DNA of 63,153 bases. Origin: a virus (taxonomy: Duplodnaviria; Caudoviricetes). Every line of letters starts with the position of its first letter. Position 1 is the stretch's first letter. Shown piece by piece: positions 55,659 through 63,153 of the stretch. A program made the translations under genes and the position numbers. The notes beneath the pieces were generated by a model. It had not been told where the DNA came from. It worked only from the letters and a program-made list of their open reading frames with translations, and ran no database searches. The stretch is from the IMG/VR virus record IMGVR_UViG_3300032132_000007, positions 1 to 63,153 of that record; one strand, 5' to 3'.

Positions 55659-56513
55659 GTGGACATTCAGTGTTACAGATTGCCGCTGACAGGCGTAACG
55701 GCGAGTGCAACTCACGACGAGTCGCTGGTGGACGTTGCGTTGGAGAAGAAGCGCCGTCGCCGGAAATACGCACTGGTGTGTCCACACGCAGGCAAAACAT
55801 TCTGCTGGTCGGACTTTCGTCGCAGCCTTGAGAGGATGCCCGTCTCCCAGTCGCACGTTGTGCTGTATGACAACAGCCTCAGTACGCGGCACGGTTCCCG
55901 GATCGACAAGCTGGCGGATGAGCTGGACTCAGTGACGGTGGTACGAGACAGGAACAACCCGGAGTCGATCGAGTCGACGCTGGATTTCATCCCGATCATG
56001 CACCGGTGTGCGGACGTGTATGAGCAGATTTACCGCAATCACCTGCCGAAGAGTGATTACGTGATCAACCTGGAGGACGACATCGGTGTTCCGGAGGGTG
56101 GCGTGGATCGACTTCTGACTGCTCTGGATTCGTACCCCGAGATCGGAACGGTCATCGCGGACTGTAATGACCGTCGCGTGAAAGTGTCCGAGCACCGTGA
56201 TCAGAGCATTGTGGTCAACTTCGAGGTCGTGCATCAGATCGGTGGCGCGGAGAATTCTCGAATATCAACACAGATGGTGCCGACGAAACCGTACGGGTTG
56301 GAATACGTTGGCGCGGGACACATGGGATTGTGGGTGTCCCGACGTGAAGCAGTGGATGCGAGCGGGATGTGGATGAACCGCGTGCGTCCGATGGGACACG
56401 ACATTGAATATGGACTCCGTCTGAATCAGGCCGGATGGTCCTTTGCGGTGGACTGGTCGGTGAAGTTGAAGCACTTTTACCGAAACGAGTCCGGGAAAAA
56501 GGTCAGCGTCTGA
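55659..56513 (+). CDS. GT-A fold glycosyltransferase (GT2-like)
   Basis: VVLYDNS, YVINLEDD, GAGHMGLW, GHDIEYGLRL and a C-terminal H. Confidence 0.7.
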   Translation: MDIQCYRLPLTGVTASATHDESLVDVALEKKRRRRKYALVCPHAGKTFCWSDFRRSLERMPVSQSHVVLYDNSLSTRHGSRIDKLADELDSVTVVRDRNNPESIESTLDFIPIMHRCADVYEQIYRNHLPKSDYVINLEDDIGVPEGGVDRLLTALDSYPEIGTVIADCNDRRVKVSEHRDQSIVVNFEVVHQIGGAENSRISTQMVPTKPYGLEYVGAGHMGLWVSRREAVDASGMWMNRVRPMGHDIEYGLRLNQAGWSFAVDWSVKLKHFYRNESGKKVSV

Positions 56514-56560
56514 CCGATCTACAGCCAGGCATTGTGCCGGTAACTTTTAAGGAGAGCGAG

Positions 56561-56944
56561 ATGAGCGTACAGCAGCAAGCAGCACGGGACGCAGCGGAAC
56601 TGGTCATTGCTGATCCTGGCGATGGGAAAACCATTGGTGGTGGTGGTGGTGCGGGATATCGATGCAACCTGACGACTGGCGCGACCGCCGAAACGCGAAC
56701 CCTGGCCGATCCGACGCAGGACGGTGAGACGCTGACCATCACGCTGAAGACGCATGGTGGTGGCAACTGTGACATCACGCCTGCTACAGTTGGTCTGCGT
56801 TGTAACACATACGAAAGCGTTACTACCACACTGGACAGGGCCGATTTCGACGTGAATGGTGACACACTCACTGTTCGTGCCGTGAATGTTGGCGGGACGC
56901 TTAAATGGTCCGCTGTCGAAGTGGCCGGTGCGATCCTTAGCTGA
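56561..56944 (+). CDS. Small structural protein (fibre/decoration-like)
   Basis: AAGGAG RBS before ATG 56561; TRTLADPTQDGETLTI beta motif. Confidence 0.6.
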   Translation: MSVQQQAARDAAELVIADPGDGKTIGGGGGAGYRCNLTTGATAETRTLADPTQDGETLTITLKTHGGGNCDITPATVGLRCNTYESVTTTLDRADFDVNGDTLTVRAVNVGGTLKWSAVEVAGAILS

Positions 56945-56971
56945 TAATCAGTACAGGAGTGACTCGTAGCA

Positions 56972-57691
56972 ATGCCGACTGAGATACTGAAAGTTCGCGA
57001 GCCACACGCCACGGTGGACCTGAAGCCAGGGCCAGGGACTATTTCGACCTCCCTGGACGAAGGTGCAGAGGTCGCATCGGTCGGAAATAATCCGTGGCAT
57101 TTATTGGGCGAAATGCTTCTGTATGACACCAAGCACAGTCTGGGTAACGCATACGGAGCTGAATGGCATCACGCGTTTCGGTTCGAGCTACCCACGACGG
57201 GCTGGCTGGCGGGCAAGATTATTGACAATGTGTCACTGAATCTGACGCAAACAGGAGCTGGGTTAGGATCGTGGACAGCAACGGCATATATGCAAAAGAG
57301 TGCCACTCCTGCAGCGTTGGCGGATGTGTCAGACAACATATCAGACGGTGCGACCCGCCCGTTGACGACTGCCAATCTCGCATTCGGGTCTGGCACCGTG
57401 GTATCCGTATCAGGAGGTCAACAGGTGAAGTACCACGGTGACAACACAACGGAGTTCAAAGATCTATTGAACGAGGTCACTGGGGCAATCGTTCCAACAT
57501 CCATTGACGCGATCATGATCATTATTGTTCACGGATTAGACGGCGCTAATGGAAGACGACAAATTTTTGCGGGTGGGGCTGATCCCGCAACGCGTCCCGA
57601 ACTGGAAATTCTGTATCGAGAAAATGTAGTCGATCTCGACTTCAAAAAGAGGGAAATCGTCCGTCTGGATTCGGCACGAGTGAGGATTTGA
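56972..57691 (+). CDS. Putative carbohydrate-binding beta-sandwich virion protein
   Basis: AFRFEL..IIDNVSLNL..RPELEILY resembles DNRLRE-type modules. Confidence 0.5.
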   Translation: MPTEILKVREPHATVDLKPGPGTISTSLDEGAEVASVGNNPWHLLGEMLLYDTKHSLGNAYGAEWHHAFRFELPTTGWLAGKIIDNVSLNLTQTGAGLGSWTATAYMQKSATPAALADVSDNISDGATRPLTTANLAFGSGTVVSVSGGQQVKYHGDNTTEFKDLLNEVTGAIVPTSIDAIMIIIVHGLDGANGRRQIFAGGADPATRPELEILYRENVVDLDFKKREIVRLDSARVRI

Positions 57692-57692
57692 C

Positions 57693-58022
57693 ATGGCGAT
57701 AGTCATCGTGAAGGGAGACACCGGGACGGTTGTTCGTCGTGAACTCATAGACGAAGACGGGGTCACGGTGGACATATCCAGCGCGTTGGCTGCTGGTCGG
57801 CGGTTTTATTTCATCAGTCCGACCGGGGTCGTAAAGGACGTTGAAGCCACGTACACGACTGATGGCACGGACGGTCAGTTGCAGTACATCATCGCTTCAA
57901 GCGACATCGATGAGGTGGGTCCGTGGCGCCTTCAGGTGCGTATAAACGTCACGGGCACCGGAGGCTTTGACCAGTCAACACAGACTGAGGACTGGGCACA
58001 GGTACATGAGAGGCTGGTTTGA
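57693..58022 (+). CDS. BppU N-terminal-like tail fibre attachment protein
   Basis: VKGDTG..DGQLQY..DIDEVGPWRLQ. Confidence 0.6.
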   Translation: MAIVIVKGDTGTVVRRELIDEDGVTVDISSALAAGRRFYFISPTGVVKDVEATYTTDGTDGQLQYIIASSDIDEVGPWRLQVRINVTGTGGFDQSTQTEDWAQVHERLV

Positions 58023-60718
58023 TGCCGGAGCCGTACTTTGTCGAGGTCGGTTTCCCAGTGAACGGGCTGAGCGCGGTAACCCCGTTCTCCAGCCAGGAAG
58101 CCGGTACGTCTCCAGATATGCTCAACATGGTGCCGTTCGATGTGTCCGGTCGATTGCGGGGTGACGGAAGACCGGGGTTGAAGAAGTTCTCTGATCTCCG
58201 ACCCGCGTCTACGGTAGTGCAGTGCCTGACCAATCTGTCTTCTACCTTCGTGAAACCAGTCCTTGGTGACGGGGACGCGGTGATCAACGGCAAGTTGGGA
58301 TCTGCCTCGCCGGGATTTGCCTTCAAGTCGGCAGGTGCTGGGACGAACGCGGACGTGGCATCGTCAAACACGTATCTGGCATCTGTGTTTGGTCCAGACG
58401 GAAAGTGCTATGTGGTTGAGCACTCAGGCACGACAGTGAAACTGAGCCGGTATCAGACAGACGGCGTTACGGTGGACTACTCCGTGACCATATTCACCGC
58501 CTCCGCGACTCCCGCAAGTGTGGATGTGACAGGTCTGACGATAGATGAAGACACTGTGTATCTGTGGTATCAGAAGGTTGCAAACATTGGCGAGGGCGTA
58601 TTACGGCTGAATTCATCAGATGGAACCAACCGCGACAGCACCACGGGTGGCGTATGGCTATACCGGGAGCCACTCGCCACACACATCGAGAAGGTGTTCG
58701 CCGGAGTAAGCACTCCATCGTGGACAGTTGTCGGCACTACCGCACATTCGGCAATGAAAGTATTTGCTGGTCGCCTGGCAATCGTCGGGGCACCATTGAA
58801 GGATGGTGGAGCAGGCGGTGAACACGAGCTGGTTCTGTACATTGTCGACGTGAAGACTGGGATTATTGACGCAGTCCATGATTTAGGTCTGGATGGCACT
58901 GCAACGTCTCCCGATAAGGGCATTATCCTGGACCTGGAGTTCGGGCTGGACGGGTTCGTGTACGTCCTGATGAAAGATTCCGGCACGTCAAATGTGCAGT
59001 ACATAAGAAAAGTCGACACCGCTGGTAACGGTATCTGGGAAATCACGATCCCTAACACTCAGACGGTCAACTCAATCTGTTGGAATCCGGATCGGTCACT
59101 GCTGGCGGCAGCGGGGACCAATGCGATGGTGACTGGTCAAAGCCTGGTGCTGATCGATCCCGACTCGAAGGGTGTCGTGGATTACGCCAGCCCGACCCCT
59201 GTGTCTCCTGCGGTCACCGAGTGGCACATGGTGCGGTGCGATGCAGGCGGGAACTACATTCTGTTTCGCAATGTCGCGTCAGCGGCAGTCCACAAGTGCA
59301 GCCCGACATTCGTCACGGTGTGGACGGGTGATGCCACTGCCACTGATCAAGCTCGCGCGAGTGTGAACACGTTCTGGAACTCGGGAACTGACGAGCAGGG
59401 AAGCTCGCGGCACCAGGTAACGCTCCAGATACACGGAGGTGTTGCAAGGACGATCACGGAATCGTCATTTGGGACCGTCGCACAGGCTGCCGTTACAGGG
59501 CGTCACTTATCGACGGTGGCAACTCGTATCTACGACGCCAAGTACGGGGTGCTGACCTTCTTCGCGGACGGTTACAACGCAAGGTACTACGACGGCAGCG
59601 ATGGTGCCAATGGAACAATGAAGAACTGGGACGACGAATTGTCGTACGGGGCACTGCCGAGCGACATGAATGGCGGGTTCCAGTACATCGAAGTATGGGA
59701 TCAGCGAGTTCTGATCTTTGGTCTGAGCGACGACCCGTCGAACTATTACTTTTCGGCACGCGGAAACCCGTTCGACTGGAAGCTGGAGAGTGGCATCACG
59801 GGAGCGGCGATCAGCGGTCGTTTAAGTCCAGCGGGTCTGTTCCCGGAGAAGCTGAACTCAGCAATCCCGTACAACGAAGACCTGCTCATTCTCGGCGGCG
59901 ATCACAGCATGTACCAGATGACACTGGATCCGGCTGTCGATGCCACGCTGGACCTGATCAGCGACACGGTTGGGATGGCGCCGGGACGCAGTTGGTGCAA
60001 AGACGGGTACGGATCGGTGTACTTTTTCGGAAACAACGGTGGTCTGTACCAGCTCTCCCTGAACGCCCCGCCGAAACGCATCAGCAATCAGACGATTGAT
60101 CAGCAGCTGGTCGACGTAGACGTTAGAAATTCGAGCATACAGCTGGTGTGGGACGCCCCCCGGCAGGGTATCTGGATATTCATCCGTCCTGACAACGGCG
60201 ATGCACAGACCCAGTATTTCTACGACTTCCGAACTGAGGGATTCTTCCCGATTAAGTTCGCGAACCCCGATTACAACCCTGTGAGTGTCGAGGTGCGGGA
60301 TCTGGATGAACCAAAAGACCGGAGGGTGCTGCTCGGGTGTGCGGACGGGTACGTGCGTACGTTCGACGATCTGATCCGCCTGGATGACGGCAACAAGTTC
60401 GACAAATACTTCGTGTGTGGACCGTGGGTGAGTCGCGGCGGCGTGGGTCAGTCCGTGATGGTCGACCAGATGAGCGTCGCAGTGGGCACCGACGTGAATA
60501 TGAATGCCGAGATATTGTCGGGAAAGAGTGCAGAGGCGGCTGCAACAGAAACCCGCAGCAAATACAGAGCAGCGGTACGTTCGGATCGCCACAACATCTC
60601 CACGCCGCGCATACGTGGGAACGCCGTGGCACTGAAGATGAGTACACAAGGTAACTCAGCGGTCGCGTTTGAGAGTGCGAGACTGCAACTCCGCGATGTC
60701 CGCAATCTGGAGGGATGA
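58019..60718 (+). CDS. Tail nozzle/tubular protein B-like protein with beta-propeller
   Basis: FPVNGL..NMVPFD..RPGL N-terminus and RVLIFG..NYYFS..DW..GSVYF..RIS propeller motifs of podovirus nozzles. Confidence 0.75.
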   Translation: MMPEPYFVEVGFPVNGLSAVTPFSSQEAGTSPDMLNMVPFDVSGRLRGDGRPGLKKFSDLRPASTVVQCLTNLSSTFVKPVLGDGDAVINGKLGSASPGFAFKSAGAGTNADVASSNTYLASVFGPDGKCYVVEHSGTTVKLSRYQTDGVTVDYSVTIFTASATPASVDVTGLTIDEDTVYLWYQKVANIGEGVLRLNSSDGTNRDSTTGGVWLYREPLATHIEKVFAGVSTPSWTVVGTTAHSAMKVFAGRLAIVGAPLKDGGAGGEHELVLYIVDVKTGIIDAVHDLGLDGTATSPDKGIILDLEFGLDGFVYVLMKDSGTSNVQYIRKVDTAGNGIWEITIPNTQTVNSICWNPDRSLLAAAGTNAMVTGQSLVLIDPDSKGVVDYASPTPVSPAVTEWHMVRCDAGGNYILFRNVASAAVHKCSPTFVTVWTGDATATDQARASVNTFWNSGTDEQGSSRHQVTLQIHGGVARTITESSFGTVAQAAVTGRHLSTVATRIYDAKYGVLTFFADGYNARYYDGSDGANGTMKNWDDELSYGALPSDMNGGFQYIEVWDQRVLIFGLSDDPSNYYFSARGNPFDWKLESGITGAAISGRLSPAGLFPEKLNSAIPYNEDLLILGGDHSMYQMTLDPAVDATLDLISDTVGMAPGRSWCKDGYGSVYFFGNNGGLYQLSLNAPPKRISNQTIDQQLVDVDVRNSSIQLVWDAPRQGIWIFIRPDNGDAQTQYFYDFRTEGFFPIKFANPDYNPVSVEVRDLDEPKDRRVLLGCADGYVRTFDDLIRLDDGNKFDKYFVCGPWVSRGGVGQSVMVDQMSVAVGTDVNMNAEILSGKSAEAAATETRSKYRAAVRSDRHNISTPRIRGNAVALKMSTQGNSAVAFESARLQLRDVRNLEG

Positions 60719-60721
60719 GAC

Positions 60722-60934
60722 ATGGCAGTTGATACAAAATTCGCTGCGAAAACGACGACTGTGGCTCCGTTGACGAGGGTTGCGGATGCGTTCAGCGCGC
60801 ACACGTACGCGACTCCCGACTTTCGCCAGGGCCGCGTTGTGGTCGCAGACTTCCAGTACCCGGAGACATTCCGTCTGCGAGATTTCGGCACCAGCTACAC
60901 CGGAAGCACTGAGACGGCAGGGGAGACGACATGA
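60722..60934 (+). CDS. Small hypothetical protein
   Basis: GGAGG RBS; coupled to the next gene. Confidence 0.6.
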   Translation: MAVDTKFAAKTTTVAPLTRVADAFSAHTYATPDFRQGRVVVADFQYPETFRLRDFGTSYTGSTETAGETT

Positions 60935-63054
60935 GAAATCTCATCCGTGGAAGCCTGTATCCGGGTGCGCTGAACGAACGTAGACGAGGCACTGCATCTC
61001 GTTTGTCTCAGCTTGCCACGTCGTCGCCCGATGCTGCCGCGCGGATTGGTCAGTCGTATCGTGGTGCGGCTGTCGGGCAGCTTCCACGCGTCACATCACA
61101 GGCTGATGCGTTTGGTGGGGTTGAGGGGCCGGAGACAGGAGTCAATGTAATCGGGAGGCTTGGTGAGCGTGCCCACCTACAGGACGTGAAGTCGCAGCGC
61201 GCCGAGGTTCAGACGCAGATAGATAGAATTGAGCAGGAACGGGAAGCGCAGCGAGCACAGGGTGTGCCGGAAAGCGAGCTGACTCCTCTTCCGACATTGC
61301 CGACGCTTCCGTCACTGGATACGCAGGGGCGCACGATTCCGAATGAAGGTGCAGGAACGCGACAGTTTTTCGGCGGCGTGGGAACACCGAGCGGATTTGG
61401 ACAGGAGCGAGTCCAGAAGATCGGTCGCCTGGGCGATCGCTCGGCGCTCCAGGACATCAACCGCCTCAATGCGTTGGCGGGAGACTCTACTCTTGCACAG
61501 CAGTGGAACCCCACGATCAATCAACTGAACACGTTGGGCGGGCAGTACACGAGCGCTCTGCAGGCGTATCGCGACACAGGGGTGGAGACTCCTCAGTTTG
61601 TGAACTCAATGAGGAACTATTGGGATGCACTGGCAACGACGCAGCTTCCACCGAATGCGTCGTCGGAGATTAAGATTCTCCAGTCAATGGCACAGCAGAA
61701 TGCTCCAGGAGCTATTCCTCTGGCATCAACCTTTACGCAAGCGCGAGGCGCTTCACCAGATCGGTTCGGGTACGGCAGGTATTCGCCGCTGTCACTCTCC
61801 GCACTACCGAGTGGAACTGAATACGACGTAAACAGGTTCGGTCGACAGTACATCGACAATCTGATCGCGGCGGGAAAAATGAGATCGGACTACGGTCGAT
61901 CGTCGGGGGATTTGACAGAGCGGTACGAAGACGACGAGGGGCCGATGTCTTACAACTTCGGTGGTCTCGGTCGGGGTACGATGGAGGGTTACAACCCCAG
62001 AGACTGGAGTCGCAATTACACTCAGGCTGTGGCGGATCCGTGGGGTGGTGACGCGATCAACCGTTACTGGTGGTGGCAGTCGGATCAGGGTAAGAGTCGC
62101 TTGCTGGCACCGGACGCGCCCGCTGTGGTGCAGGGATACGGAGATAGATACCTTGGTGGATCTGGATACCGTGATCCCCAGTCGGAGATGTATCCGGGTT
62201 CAACGACATACTCGATCGAAGAGGAAAGACCGGAAACTCTTCCGGAAGGTCCAGCCAGACAGCGACTGGACAGGAGAGCACGACAGACCCCAGTGGGTTC
62301 GTATACGACCGGTGGCGGAACGGGCGTGCCACTGGTTGGGCAGCGTCCGGCGGGATTCTCAATGAAGGATGAATACGAGCGCCCGTCGATTCCGCTGTAT
62401 GGTACTCAACTGGACTACGAGACCTACAAGATACGCCGTGGTCCCGACGATCTCACAACCTTCTCCCGAAACAACATGGCACCGGAACCCAACATTTACG
62501 GACCAACGTCCGATGTGCCGTTTCGCTCTTACTATTCTCCCACAGGTGCGCGAAACCTCAAAGTGGATGACGACTCAGTCGGCAACCCGTGGGGTGCATA
62601 CGCAGACGGGAGTGTTGTCCTCGATAGTGGGCGCATTGGCGGAGAATCGTATGACTTATGGGATCCGAATTTCCAAGGTGGAGCGTTCGTCGTCAACACT
62701 CCAATTAGAGCGCCGTTCCATCAGGGGGGTGGTAGCCTCGCGGTTCACGCAAACAACCCGGCCCTGCTGGGCACGAAGTTCTGGGGAGGAAGTGCAACTC
62801 CTGATACGTGGGAGAGCATGTTCAACCGACTCGGAAATACACGATACGACTGGAGAGGATTTCGTACCCCGACCAATGCAAACCGGGATCGGTGGTGGGC
62901 GCTGGCGGATCAGGATTTCGGCCCGAGGACGCCGGGTTTTCAGACGCAACCAGTGTGGAACATTCCTATGAACCAAGTCGCGCCTGCGAACGAACCCGGC
63001 TGGCCGATTATTGAGTTCAACGCACTTCCCGGCACATACTCTGTAGCGAGGTAA
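60931..63054 (+). CDS. Putative internal virion/ejection protein
   Basis: 707 aa, G/Y/P-rich; internal duplication IGRLG(E/D)RxxLQD; first gene after the nozzle block. Confidence 0.6.
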   Translation: MRNLIRGSLYPGALNERRRGTASRLSQLATSSPDAAARIGQSYRGAAVGQLPRVTSQADAFGGVEGPETGVNVIGRLGERAHLQDVKSQRAEVQTQIDRIEQEREAQRAQGVPESELTPLPTLPTLPSLDTQGRTIPNEGAGTRQFFGGVGTPSGFGQERVQKIGRLGDRSALQDINRLNALAGDSTLAQQWNPTINQLNTLGGQYTSALQAYRDTGVETPQFVNSMRNYWDALATTQLPPNASSEIKILQSMAQQNAPGAIPLASTFTQARGASPDRFGYGRYSPLSLSALPSGTEYDVNRFGRQYIDNLIAAGKMRSDYGRSSGDLTERYEDDEGPMSYNFGGLGRGTMEGYNPRDWSRNYTQAVADPWGGDAINRYWWWQSDQGKSRLLAPDAPAVVQGYGDRYLGGSGYRDPQSEMYPGSTTYSIEEERPETLPEGPARQRLDRRARQTPVGSYTTGGGTGVPLVGQRPAGFSMKDEYERPSIPLYGTQLDYETYKIRRGPDDLTTFSRNNMAPEPNIYGPTSDVPFRSYYSPTGARNLKVDDDSVGNPWGAYADGSVVLDSGRIGGESYDLWDPNFQGGAFVVNTPIRAPFHQGGGSLAVHANNPALLGTKFWGGSATPDTWESMFNRLGNTRYDWRGFRTPTNANRDRWWALADQDFGPRTPGFQTQPVWNIPMNQVAPANEPGWPIIEFNALPGTYSVAR

Positions 63055-63153
63055 ATCATGGCACTCGATTTTCTTGGATACGACCCGTATGAAGAGGAGG
63101 GTCGTCTACGACGAGCAGCCCGGATTGATTCGATCGGTGGGCAGGGATCACCG
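63027..63153. repeat. 127-bp terminal direct repeat (copy 2)
   Basis: Identical to 1-127. Confidence 0.95.

Noticed and set aside
63027-63153. 127-bp terminal repeat as a biological DTR
   Set aside because: The length equals a standard assembler k-mer and it falls mid-operon across a gene boundary; it only shows circularity.
1-63153. Stop-codon reassignment
   Set aside because: Core genes are full length and tightly coupled under the standard bacterial code.

Overview
The window is a complete, circularly assembled tailed dsDNA phage genome of 63,026 unique bp; bases 1-127 are repeated exactly at 63027-63153. It looks podovirus-like (portal, adaptor, nozzle and ejection proteins, with no sheath or tape measure). 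The host is probably in Planctomycetota/PVC, inferred from the gene families. Modules: (i) packaging, head and tail genes on + at 42314-60934, running through the contig junction into the ejection proteins, including a 3270-aa polyvalent protein (60931-13760); (ii) a minus-strand pair encoding a pectate lyase-like protein and a FliA-like sigma factor whose region 4 appears to be replaced; (iii) a lysis-position cassette (holin-like, class 3 lipase, trypsin-thioredoxin fusion, thermonuclease, holin-like) with no recognisable peptidoglycan hydrolase; (iv) a minus-strand accessory arm (19900-30413) with MoxR AAA+, vWA and DUF6744-like genes, punctuated by 8 copies of an oriented box, most followed by a hairpin and an RBS; (v) a catalytic-domain-only tyrosine recombinase and two excisionase-like HTH genes among short repeats; (vi) recombination/replication genes (RuvC-like, CsrA, RecE-like, DnaC-like). 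The best novel-system candidates are the repeated regulatory cassette with two truncated sigma-like proteins, the endolysin-less lysis cassette, and a tail adaptor made of five fused ring domains. All calls come from motifs read by eye; no database search was run.
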